From an uncultured Nitrospira sp. (lineage in GTDB: Bacteria > Nitrospirota > Nitrospiria > Nitrospirales > Nitrospiraceae): a stretch of DNA of 64,000 nucleotides. The translations under genes were made by a program, and so were the position numbers. A model generated the notes under the pieces. The model had not been told where the DNA came from. It did no database searches and worked only from the letters and a program-made list of their open reading frames with translations. The stretch spans positions 41,947 through 105,946 of the forward strand of contig CAZPNQ010000003.1 in assembly GCA_964587955.1 (NCBI GenBank). Reading direction: 5' to 3'. Below are positions 29,104-38,410 of this stretch, piece by piece. Position 1 is the first letter of the stretch; every line of letters starts with the position of its first letter.

Positions 29104-32100
29104 ACCTCGCGTTTTTCATCGACCGGCCGATCTTTGCCTCGGTCCTCTCCATCATCATCGTGGTGGTGGGGCTGGTGGCCATGTTGTCTCTCCCCATTGC
29201 GCAATTTCCGGAAATCACTCCCCCGGTGGTGCAGATTGAAGCCGACTACCCTGGCGCGAGCGCGGAGGTCGTGGCGGAATCAGTCGCGCGTCCCATTGAG
29301 TTGCAGCTGCCCGGCATCGACCGGCTTCTCTACTTCGATTCGACGAGCACGAACGACGGTCACATGACCATCAAGCTGACCTTCGAAATCGGCACCAACG
29401 TCGATATCGCGCAAGTCCAGTCACAGAATCGCCAGAAACTTGCCGAGCCACAACTTCCGCCTGAAGTCGTCCGTCAAGGAGTGACCGTAAAAAAAATGTC
29501 GCCGGATCTGCTGACGGTGATGGTGCTGAAGTCCGACGACCCGCAGCAAGATGCGCTGTTTCTTTCCAACTTCGCGATCCTGCGAATTCTCGACAATATC
29601 AAGCGGTTGCCCGGAGTCGGCGACGCGCTGGTTTTCGGACAACAGAACTACAGCATGCGTCTCGTCCTCGATCCGGTGCGCATGGCGCAATTGGGTCTGA
29701 CACCGACCGATATCGCGACGGTCGTGCGCGAACAGAATCGTGACTTTCCCGCCGGAACCGTCGGACGCGAGCCCATGCCGATTCCCACGGAGCTCACGCT
29801 TCCTCTCATCACGGAGGGGCGCATGACCGACGTGCATGAATTCGAGGATATGATCGTGCGAGCCCTGCCGAACGGATCGATGGTTCGGCTCAAAGACGTC
29901 GCGCGGGTCGAATTGGGAGCGCAATCCTATGTCCTCGAAGGCCGCTTCAATCGCAAACCGACCGCGCTGCTGCTTACCTTTCTCTCGCCCGGCGCCAACG
30001 CCCTCGACACCGTCAAGCGAATTCGCGGGGAAATGGACCGACTGAGCAAGGTCTTTCCACCCGGCGTCACGTATGACATTCCCTACGATACGACGCGCTT
30101 TGTCGAGGTCTCCATCAAGGAAGTGGTGAAGACCTTGGGAGAAGCCATGCTTTTGGTCGTCCTGGTGGTCTATCTCTTTCTGCAAAGCTGGCGCGCCACA
30201 TTGATTCCTGTTTTGGCGGTTCCGGTCTCGCTGATCGGAACCTTTGCGGGGATGGCCGCTCTCGGGTTCTCCATCAATACTCTGACACTCTTCGGCTTGG
30301 TGCTCGCCATCGGAATTGTCGTGGATGATGCCATTGTGGTCGTGGAAAACGTGGAGCGTCACATGGCGGGAGGGCTGTCCCCGAAGGACGCGGCCAAGAA
30401 AGCCATGGGAGAGGTGGCCGGCCCCGTGATCGCCATCGTGCTGGTGCTCTGCGCGGTCTTTGTGCCGGTGGGATTTCTCGGAGGGATCACCGGACAATTG
30501 TACAAACAGTTTGCGATCACGATTGCTGTCTCCGTCGCGATCTCAGGGTTCGTTGCCCTGACGCTCAGTCCAGCCCTTTGCGCTCTGGTGCTGAAGACGA
30601 GTCATGGGCCGCGCAAAGGCTTTTTTGGACTGTTCAATCGATCGTTCGAGTGGATTCAGGTTCGGTACTCGGTGAGCGTGGGCCTCACGTTGAAGCACAT
30701 GGTGCTGTCAGTGGCGTTGTGCGGAGTGGTGATCGGTGTCACAGTCAAATTATTTGCGATGATTCCCGTGGCCTTCTTACCGGAAGAGGACCAGGGGTAT
30801 TTTATTACCGTTGTCCAGCTGCCGGATGGGTCTTCGAAAAAGCGGACGGATGCGATTGTCGATCGAGTCGAGCAGTACTACCATACTCTTCCCGCGATCT
30901 ACGCTACACAAGCACTGTCGGGACAAAATTTCGTGTTTGGTACCAGAGGAACCAATACGGCGACCCTCTTTGCGCCGCTCAAACATTGGGATGAACGGAA
31001 GGGGAGGGAGGATCACGTCAAGACGCTGATCGGAGGGGCGTTCAGGGAATTCGGAACGATTCCCGGCGCGGTGATCCTGGCGTTCAATGCTCCCTCGATT
31101 CGTGGCCTGGGTGCTACCGGCGGGTTTTCCGTGCAACTACAAGATCCGAGCGGCGGGGAGTTTAAGCAGTTTGGTGCGATCGCTCAGGAGTTTGTCGAAA
31201 AGGCGCGCCAGAACCCGGCGATCGGCGCGATCAGCACCAGTTTTCGCGTGAGCGCCCCCCGCGTGCACGCGAAGATCAATCGTGAGAGGGCTAAAGCGCT
31301 TGGCGTGCCCATTTCCGAGGTGTTCGACACCCTTCAAGCGTATTTCGGCAACCTGTACATCAACGATTTCGTCAAATTCGGCCGCGTCTATCGGGTCCAG
31401 ACCGAAGCGGAGCCCCAGTATCGGTCACGCCCGTCCGATATCAGCAAGATCTACGTTCGAACGCTGAACGGCCGGGAGACCGCGATGGTCCCGCTCGATA
31501 CCGTGGTCACGACGAACTATTCCAGCGGGCCTGATCCCGTGACCCATTTCAATGGATTCAATACTGCGCTCGTCTTGGGTTCTGCGGCGCCAGGCTACAG
31601 TTCAGGCCAGGCGCTCGATGCCTTGGAGCGTGTCGGGCAGGAGGTGTTGGCTCCTCAGGGGTTCGACATCGATTGGAGCGGTATTTCTTACCAAGAACGC
31701 AAGGCCGGTTCGCAGTCGGTCGTCGCGTTCGGATTCGGCCTCCTCATGGTGTTCCTGGTACTGGCAGCCCAGTACGAGAGCTGGACTGTTCCCTTTGCCG
31801 TCATCCTGGCCGTGCCGTTCAGCGTATTCGGCGCCTTGTCGGCGGTGTGGCTGTCGGGAATGGCCAACGATATTTATTTCCAGATCGGCCTCGTCACACT
31901 CATCGGTCTCGCGGCCAAGAACGCCATTCTTATCGTGGAGTTTGCGAATCAACGGTACCAGCATGGCCTTCCGTTGAAAGACGCCACAATGGAAGCGGCC
32001 CGACTTCGGTTCCGGCCCATCCTCATGACCTCCTTGGCCTTTATTCTCGGCGTGGTGCCGTTGGTCGCCGCGAGTGGTGCCGGTGCGGCCAGCCGCCATT

Positions 32101-32282
32101 CGATCGGCACAGGTGTGTTTGGAGGAATGATCGCCGCAACGATTCTTTCCGTCTTGTTCGTTCCCTTGTTCTTCATATTGATCCGAATGTTGGGGAAGCC
32201 GGCTCCCCGACCTGCCCAACAAGACAGAACCGGAGAAGATCGTACCGGACTCGCTTCGGTTCCTGTGCAAGGAGGACTGTGA
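29100..32282 (+). CDS. HAE1 family RND efflux permease (copy 1)
   Basis: FFIDRPIFA, AIGIVVDDAIVVVENVER, KNAILIVEFA, RFRPILMTSLA. Start ATG 29100 overlaps the MFP stop. Confidence 0.94.
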   Translation: MNLAFFIDRPIFASVLSIIIVVVGLVAMLSLPIAQFPEITPPVVQIEADYPGASAEVVAESVARPIELQLPGIDRLLYFDSTSTNDGHMTIKLTFEIGTNVDIAQVQSQNRQKLAEPQLPPEVVRQGVTVKKMSPDLLTVMVLKSDDPQQDALFLSNFAILRILDNIKRLPGVGDALVFGQQNYSMRLVLDPVRMAQLGLTPTDIATVVREQNRDFPAGTVGREPMPIPTELTLPLITEGRMTDVHEFEDMIVRALPNGSMVRLKDVARVELGAQSYVLEGRFNRKPTALLLTFLSPGANALDTVKRIRGEMDRLSKVFPPGVTYDIPYDTTRFVEVSIKEVVKTLGEAMLLVVLVVYLFLQSWRATLIPVLAVPVSLIGTFAGMAALGFSINTLTLFGLVLAIGIVVDDAIVVVENVERHMAGGLSPKDAAKKAMGEVAGPVIAIVLVLCAVFVPVGFLGGITGQLYKQFAITIAVSVAISGFVALTLSPALCALVLKTSHGPRKGFFGLFNRSFEWIQVRYSVSVGLTLKHMVLSVALCGVVIGVTVKLFAMIPVAFLPEEDQGYFITVVQLPDGSSKKRTDAIVDRVEQYYHTLPAIYATQALSGQNFVFGTRGTNTATLFAPLKHWDERKGREDHVKTLIGGAFREFGTIPGAVILAFNAPSIRGLGATGGFSVQLQDPSGGEFKQFGAIAQEFVEKARQNPAIGAISTSFRVSAPRVHAKINRERAKALGVPISEVFDTLQAYFGNLYINDFVKFGRVYRVQTEAEPQYRSRPSDISKIYVRTLNGRETAMVPLDTVVTTNYSSGPDPVTHFNGFNTALVLGSAAPGYSSGQALDALERVGQEVLAPQGFDIDWSGISYQERKAGSQSVVAFGFGLLMVFLVLAAQYESWTVPFAVILAVPFSVFGALSAVWLSGMANDIYFQIGLVTLIGLAAKNAILIVEFANQRYQHGLPLKDATMEAARLRFRPILMTSLAFILGVVPLVAASGAGAASRHSIGTGVFGGMIAATILSVLFVPLFFILIRMLGKPAPRPAQQDRTGEDRTGLASVPVQGGL

Positions 32283-32283
32283 G

Positions 32284-33717
32284 ATGCGTGTCCTCGTGCT
32301 GTGTGCGCTTTCAGGCATACTGCTTTCCTGCGCGGTGGGTCCCGATTATTCGCGCCCCGACATTCCCTCCAATGATTCGTTTCGCATGGCCAAGGAAGGC
32401 ACCGACTTGCCGTCTCTCGCCAATATGCCCTGGTGGGAGCTCTATCAAGATCGGGAGCTTCAGAATCTCATCCGTATTGCGTTGGAAGAAAATAAGGACC
32501 TCGAGCGCGCAGTTGCGACGATCGAAGAATTTGAAGCACGGTTGTTTATCGCGAAGACCGACTACATTCCTCAAATGACGGCCACGACGAACCTTCCCTT
32601 TGTAAGGTCGGGAGGAGTCCGTTTCGCGGGCTTTCCGAGTCCCTTCAGTTACTACTTACAGGGGAATTTGGCTTGGGAAATCGACGTGTGGGGACGGATC
32701 CGCCGGTCGAATGAAGCGGCCCGCGGCGATCTGTTGGCTCGGGAGGAGAACCGGCGCGCGATCATTTTGCAGCTGGTCGGCGGCGTGGCCCAGGCGTATT
32801 TCGATCTGCGGCAGTTCGATCTGCAACTGGAGATCGCCGAGCGCACGTTGAAAGCGTGGGACGAGTCCGTGCGGATCAGCCAAGCCCGCCACCGGCAAGG
32901 GTTGATTCACGGGCTGGATGTTGAACAGTTCCAAGCGGAGCGGGAAAACGCAGCGGCGCGTATCACGGATCTGAAGCGCCAGGTGACTCTGAAAGAACAC
33001 GAACTGAGTGTGCTGCTAGGGAGAAATCCCGGCCAGATCGCCAGGGGACAGTCGTTGACCGATCAAGTGGTGCCGCCTATCGTGCCGGCCGGTCTCCCGT
33101 CCGAATTGTTGCAGCGGCGGCCGGATATCGTCCAGGCGGAGCAACAACTGGCCGCGGCGACGGCCAGGATCGGAGCCGCGAAAGCTGATCGTTTTCCCAA
33201 AGTCTCGCTCACCGGACTGCTTGGCCTCGCCAATCCAAGCCTCTCCAAACTCTTCACGACCGAGGGAGACTTTGGAGCGTTCGGTCCGACGCTGACCGGC
33301 CCATTGTTGAATGCGGTCGGTCTTGGGTTTCAACAGCGTGCTGCGGAAGCTCAGTCCAGGCAAGCGATCGCTCAATACAAGCAGACGATCCTCGTGGCAT
33401 TCAGGGAAGTCGAAGATGCGCTGACAGGAGTGAGTACGACGCGCGAGCAGGCGTCCGCGCAAGAGCGGCAGGTGAATGCGCTCAAAGCGGCTCTGCGCCT
33501 CGCGAATCTCAGGTACAAGGGCGGCCTTGCGAACTATTTGGACGTGCTGATCGCCCAGCGGAACCTATTCGATGCGGAATTGGCGCTTGCAACGACTCAG
33601 CGTCTATACCTGACATCGGTGGTCCAGTTGTACAAAGCCTTGGGTGGTGGTTGGTCCCCTCATGAGCCCGGCCGGGAACAGCCTGCAACCTTGGCGATCC
33701 AAACGGGAGCTCACTAG
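32284..33717 (+). CDS. NodT/OprM family outer membrane efflux lipoprotein (copy 1)
   Basis: LSCAVGPDY, WEIDVWGRIRR, PSELLQRRPDI, LYKALGGGW. Confidence 0.92.
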   Translation: MRVLVLCALSGILLSCAVGPDYSRPDIPSNDSFRMAKEGTDLPSLANMPWWELYQDRELQNLIRIALEENKDLERAVATIEEFEARLFIAKTDYIPQMTATTNLPFVRSGGVRFAGFPSPFSYYLQGNLAWEIDVWGRIRRSNEAARGDLLAREENRRAIILQLVGGVAQAYFDLRQFDLQLEIAERTLKAWDESVRISQARHRQGLIHGLDVEQFQAERENAAARITDLKRQVTLKEHELSVLLGRNPGQIARGQSLTDQVVPPIVPAGLPSELLQRRPDIVQAEQQLAAATARIGAAKADRFPKVSLTGLLGLANPSLSKLFTTEGDFGAFGPTLTGPLLNAVGLGFQQRAAEAQSRQAIAQYKQTILVAFREVEDALTGVSTTREQASAQERQVNALKAALRLANLRYKGGLANYLDVLIAQRNLFDAELALATTQRLYLTSVVQLYKALGGGWSPHEPGREQPATLAIQTGAH

Positions 33718-33770
33718 TGTCGTGAACCAGCGAACGCTCTGATGACGCATGTCATTCGTGAGGCTATCCA

Positions 33771-34448
33771 ATGAGATTGGAAAAGAAAGTCGTATTGATC
33801 GCGGGAGGAGGCGGAGCCCTGGGACATACCGTCGTCCCCGCGTTCGTGCGTGCCGGGGCGCGGGTGATTTCGGTTGATCGTCATGTATCTGCAGGCCAAC
33901 CGGAGGGCGGGGTCGCGGTCACAGCCGATGTGACCGATGAGAACGATGTGCGGCGGCTTGCCGAGGAGGTTGTGCGGAAGGAAGGTCGTATCGATGCCCT
34001 GGTTAACCTGGTCGGTGGCTTTGCGCTCGGTCGTGTCGCGGAGACGGATGTCTCATTGTGGCAGCGAATACTGACGCTGAATCTCACGTCGGCGTTTCTG
34101 CTTTCCAAAGCGGTCATACCACATATGCTGGGAAGGCGAAGTGGACGGATCGTCCATGTCGCGGCCCGTGCTGCGGTAGAGCCATTTCCCGGTGCCGCGG
34201 CGTACATCGTGTCGAAATCCGGACTTGTCGCACTGATCCGTGTGCTCGCAACGGAATTGACGGGGTCGGGTGTCACGGTCAATGGTATCCTGCCGACCAC
34301 CATCGATACCGCAGCAAACCGGGAAAGCATGCCCAATATAGATCCATCAACTTGGGTCAAACCTGAATCCATCGCCCAGGCACTGCTCTATCTCGCGTCC
34401 GACGAAGCGGGCCAGGTCAACGGGGCCGTTGTCCCACTCGGCGCATGA
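33771..34448 (+). CDS. SDR family oxidoreductase
   Basis: GGGGALG, YIVSK, PTTIDTAANR. Confidence 0.88.
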   Translation: MRLEKKVVLIAGGGGALGHTVVPAFVRAGARVISVDRHVSAGQPEGGVAVTADVTDENDVRRLAEEVVRKEGRIDALVNLVGGFALGRVAETDVSLWQRILTLNLTSAFLLSKAVIPHMLGRRSGRIVHVAARAAVEPFPGAAAYIVSKSGLVALIRVLATELTGSGVTVNGILPTTIDTAANRESMPNIDPSTWVKPESIAQALLYLASDEAGQVNGAVVPLGA

Positions 34449-34477
34449 GTCGAGACCAACATTGCGAGGAGTAGTCG

Positions 34478-35584
34478 ATGCCTGAGAGCAACTGGATCGA
34501 AGTTGGGTCGGTCTCGGAATTGAAACACAAACCTTTGCAGGAAGTGATGTGCGGCACCACGCCGATCGCCCTGTCGTGCAGAGACGGCACATTTGCCGCC
34601 ATCTCCGGTGTCTGTAATCATGTAGGAGGACCATTAGGCGAAGGCACGCTCGAAGGCGAGTATGTGGTTTGCCCCTGGCATTACTGGAAATTCCATTACA
34701 AGACCGGTCAGGGAGAGCCGGGATACGAGCAGGATCAGGTTCCGGCCTATGCAACCAAGGTTGAGAACGGACGGCTCTACGTCGATCTCTCCTCAGCGAC
34801 GAAACGCAGAAAACAAGCCCACGCGCCACATCCCTTAGCGAGACCGGTCGTCCGCCGGCCCGGAGCAGTCCGGGTCGTCGGCATTTCCACCACCGCGATG
34901 ACTCTGGTCCATCCACGCTACAGCGGATCAGACGCGTTACTTGAAACGGCATTGGAGCACGCCCGGACCGATCTACAACTCGAGACCCAGTACATCCGAC
35001 TTCGAGAACTGAGCTTCCGGGCATGCGAGGGGTTCTATTCCAAATCGGCGTGGGCCTGTACGTGGCCGTGTTCGATCACACAGATGGACCCGAGCGATCA
35101 ACTCGATCGAGTGTATGAGGCGATCGTGCATTGGGCCGACGTGATCCTGGTTGCCACGCCGATCCGCTGGGGCAACGCAAGCAGTCTGTACTACAAGATG
35201 ATCGAGCGGCTGAACTGCATTCAGAATCAGGAAACAATCGGCAACACACACTTGCTGAAGAACAAGGTCGCCGCCTTCATCATTATGGGCGGGCAGGACA
35301 ACGTACAGGGCGTCGCCGGACAACTCATGACGTTTTGGGCCGAGGTCGGCTGCCAATTTCCACAATTCCCGTTCATTGCCCATTCCAGAGGCTGGAGTGC
35401 GGAGGATATGGAACGGAACGTCATCGAGGTTCAGAACAGCCGGGAGCTACGTGAAGGCGCGCAAGAACTCGTGGCCCGCGCGGCAGACATGGCACAGCTT
35501 ATGATCGACGGACAACTTCCCGAGCATCCTCTGGCTCGCGGCGGGCGCAAAGCGCATCAACTCGACAGCGAGCCGACCGGGTGA
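34478..35584 (+). CDS. Rieske [2Fe-2S] ferredoxin fused to a flavodoxin-like (iron-sulfur flavoprotein/FMN reductase) domain
   Basis: CNH...CPWH Rieske ligands, then CEGFYSKSAWACTWPC and ADVILVATPIRWG. Confidence 0.85.
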   Translation: MPESNWIEVGSVSELKHKPLQEVMCGTTPIALSCRDGTFAAISGVCNHVGGPLGEGTLEGEYVVCPWHYWKFHYKTGQGEPGYEQDQVPAYATKVENGRLYVDLSSATKRRKQAHAPHPLARPVVRRPGAVRVVGISTTAMTLVHPRYSGSDALLETALEHARTDLQLETQYIRLRELSFRACEGFYSKSAWACTWPCSITQMDPSDQLDRVYEAIVHWADVILVATPIRWGNASSLYYKMIERLNCIQNQETIGNTHLLKNKVAAFIIMGGQDNVQGVAGQLMTFWAEVGCQFPQFPFIAHSRGWSAEDMERNVIEVQNSRELREGAQELVARAADMAQLMIDGQLPEHPLARGGRKAHQLDSEPTG

Positions 35585-35614
35585 CAGATACGAGTGTGAC
35601 GAGGAACTGAAGTT

Positions 35615-36028
35615 ATGCTGAAGCAAGATGGAAAAGATGTTCCGCTTCACAATCTTATTCTCGCTCTTCTTCGTCTGCACAAAGCCTTGCTGGATGATGA
35701 GCGAGTGTCCTACGAGCGCGTGCACGGACGTATTCCGTCCAACGGGATGTTCTTGCAGCTGGCGCTGAACGATGCCTGGTTTGCCTGGTTGCGCCCGTTG
35801 TCCCAGCTGATGGCCCAGATCGATGAGTTTAGCGAACAAGATACGCATTCGAATCGCGAGGGTCTCCCAGCTCTTCTGATATCCCTGCGGACGCTCCTGA
35901 CGCCGGCGGAAGTGGGCGATGGATTTGGGAAACAGTATTACGAGGCGCTTCAGCGCGGCCCCGAAGTGGTACTGGCGCACGCGGAGGTCAGAGCATCGCT
36001 CATGCAGGTCGCTCCTACCAAGGGATGA
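35615..36028 (+). CDS. Conserved hypothetical protein
   Basis: 137 aa ORF in operon context with normal composition (LHKALLD.ER..YE, FAWLRPLS). Confidence 0.65.
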   Translation: MLKQDGKDVPLHNLILALLRLHKALLDDERVSYERVHGRIPSNGMFLQLALNDAWFAWLRPLSQLMAQIDEFSEQDTHSNREGLPALLISLRTLLTPAEVGDGFGKQYYEALQRGPEVVLAHAEVRASLMQVAPTKG

Positions 36029-36152
36029 GTCGGAAGAAGGCGCACTGCCATGGCTGTGGAGTCGCCAAGAAACTTGTTATCGATCCTCAGGAGTGTGTGA
36101 AGAAGGCTGAAAACAGGCGGATCTCATCGTGATGGGGACCATTGACCATTGT

Positions 36153-37853
36153 TTAGGACGGTTCCCGCTTCGTTTCCATGGACTGCCGGTAGTGCTCCAC
36201 ATAATCCAGAACGCGCTCCTTCGGGACTCCGAACCAACCCAAGGCATGCCGAATCAGTGTTGCTGACGCCTCGACCTCAGGCTGAATGACCTCGGTCGCC
36301 CCAATCGCACCGAGTCGTTCCGCTTCCGCTGGCCCATGCGCACGCGCCAAGATTGGAACGTTCGGATTGAGGCCTCGGGCGCGACTCACCGCCAGCGCAG
36401 CCGGTTCAATTTCAGGTAATGCCACGATGATCAGAGACGCATCCGTTGCTCCGGCATTCTTGAGTAATTCGCGATGGGAGGCGTCGCCGTACATACAGGC
36501 AATGTGCCGGCCTTGTAACCGGCGGATAATGTCCGGATTTCGGTCGATTACCACATAGGGAAGACTAAACGCGTCCAACGCTTTCCCCAGCGCGCTACCG
36601 ACCCGGCCGAATCCACACACAACGACATGCTGCTGGAGCGGCTCGCTCTCCTGAGGCCAGGTCGCCGTGTCGTGGTGATCATGGCTGAGGCGCCGCCGGA
36701 CGAGCCATGCGGGCACATACCGTACAAGGGCCGCATTGATGAGAATCGTGATGACAGAGGCGGCAAGAGTGGCGTTGTAGACTTCGCTGCCGATATGGCC
36801 TGCCGATTTAGCGACCTGCACGAGAACAAACGAGAATTCGCCGATCTGAGTGAGGCCGATCCCCACCAGGAATGCCGTGTTCCAAGAGTAGCCGAACAGC
36901 CGCACGAGGGTCGTCCAAATGAGGAACATTCCGGCGACAATCAAGCCGATCATGGTGGCAAGGAGAGAAAGGTTATCGACGATCACACGCGGATCGATCA
37001 GAATGCCGATGGTCACGAAGAAGAGCGCGACGAAGGCATCACGCAACGAGAGAAGCCGGGCCAAGGTCTCGTGCCCATACTCGGATGCGCTGATAATGAG
37101 TCCGGCCAGAAATGCGCCCAAGGCGAGAGAGAGTCCGATCATCTGAGTGACGGCGGCGGTCCCAAGGCTGATGGCCAGTGTGACGAGTAAGAACAGTTCC
37201 TGGTTCTGAGTCCTGGCAACATGTGTCATGATTGGCGGAATGACTTTGGCGCCCAAGTATCCTACCGGTAGGAGAATCAGTAGCGCTTTTGTCAGGGCCT
37301 GACCGATCACGAGCAATCGCCCCGAGTCGAACTCTCCGAGAGCCGGCATGAGTACAGTCATTGCAACGACTGCCACGTCTTCGACCAGGGCGATGCCGAT
37401 CATCACGCGTCCGTGCTTTGAACGAAGTTCGCCCCGATCGACGAGCATACGGGCGAGGACCATGGTACTCGCTATGGAAATGACCGCTCCGATCACGATG
37501 CTTTGGGTCGTCGGCCATCCGAGTAGGGTCCCCGTCATGACTGCCAATCCGATGGCCATGAGAATCCCCAGCGGTCCGCCGGCGAGAGCGACCCATTTGA
37601 CGCGCATCAGATCCTTCACGGAAAAATCGAGTCCGATCGAAAACATCAAGAGAATGACACCGATCTCCGCAAAGAGATCGAAGGTGTGAGATTCGGAAAT
37701 TGTCGGTCCCGGGGTGAACGGACCGATCGCGATGCCGCCCAGAACGTAGCCGAGAATCAACGGCTGCCCGGCAAGACGGGCGAGTACCCCGCCTGCAACA
37801 GCCGCAAGGAATACGATGGCAAGGTCCTGAAAGAAGACGGAATCTGGATGCAC
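36153..37853 (-). CDS. CPA2 cation:proton antiporter with TrkA-N (RCK) domain (YbaL/KefC-like)
   Basis: LAGQPLILGY, AEIGVILLMF, LTQIGEFSF, CGFGRVG, YGDA. Confidence 0.9.
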   Translation of the reverse strand: MHPDSVFFQDLAIVFLAAVAGGVLARLAGQPLILGYVLGGIAIGPFTPGPTISESHTFDLFAEIGVILLMFSIGLDFSVKDLMRVKWVALAGGPLGILMAIGLAVMTGTLLGWPTTQSIVIGAVISIASTMVLARMLVDRGELRSKHGRVMIGIALVEDVAVVAMTVLMPALGEFDSGRLLVIGQALTKALLILLPVGYLGAKVIPPIMTHVARTQNQELFLLVTLAISLGTAAVTQMIGLSLALGAFLAGLIISASEYGHETLARLLSLRDAFVALFFVTIGILIDPRVIVDNLSLLATMIGLIVAGMFLIWTTLVRLFGYSWNTAFLVGIGLTQIGEFSFVLVQVAKSAGHIGSEVYNATLAASVITILINAALVRYVPAWLVRRRLSHDHHDTATWPQESEPLQQHVVVCGFGRVGSALGKALDAFSLPYVVIDRNPDIIRRLQGRHIACMYGDASHRELLKNAGATDASLIIVALPEIEPAALAVSRARGLNPNVPILARAHGPAEAERLGAIGATEVIQPEVEASATLIRHALGWFGVPKERVLDYVEHYRQSMETKREPS

Positions 37854-38090
37854 GTAACACCTCGTAAGTAATCTATCTCAATGCCGATGGTGGCCGATCG
37901 ACAGTAAAGCCATAGACCGGGGGAACGAAAATACCATAGACAGGGTGAATAATGCCGCCACTTCAGAAATTAATCGCGGGGGAGTTCACATACAGTAAGA
38001 GGCAAGAAAGAAGGCGGTGCGAAGTGCATCATGAAGCGCTATACTTCACCCGCATAGCCCAGCGTTAACCATGATGAGGGAGGAATATTC

Positions 38091-38327
38091 ATGGAACAAC
38101 CACGCATAGCAGCAAGAGAGCCGGCAGTGATTTCGCTGGATCCGGGAACCTATTACTGGTGTTCCTGCGGGCGCTCGCGGGATCAACCGTTCTGTGACGG
38201 ATCTCATCAAGGAACGGGGTTCGAGCCGGTGGAATTTACACTGGAAGAAAAGCAAGAAGTCGCTTTGTGCCAGTGTAAGCGGACCAGGACTTCGCCATAT
38301 TGCGACGGAACGCACCAGACGTTGTGA
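38091..38327 (+). CDS. CDGSH iron-sulfur protein with two domains (NEET/MiNT-like)
   Basis: CSCGRS..QPFCDGSH and CQCKRT...PYCDGTH. RBS GGAGG. Confidence 0.92.
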   Translation: MEQPRIAAREPAVISLDPGTYYWCSCGRSRDQPFCDGSHQGTGFEPVEFTLEEKQEVALCQCKRTRTSPYCDGTHQTL

Positions 38328-38410
38328 TGTTCCACCAAGAATCCCCGTCGTCTGTGCAAACTGTCAGCCCCCCTTGAGCTGTCTTTGATAGGTAGGCCAT
38401 ACTTGTGGGC

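Noticed and set aside
29421..32578. 358-, 238- and 301-aa alternative-frame ORFs inside RND permease 1
   Set aside because: Typical stop-poor alternative frames in GC-rich membrane-protein genes.
37860..38090. Possible riboswitch upstream of the CPA2 antiporter (CCATAGAC repeated twice)
   Set aside because: I could not match fluoride, c-di-AMP or Na+ riboswitch consensus structures by eye. An Rfam scan would settle it.
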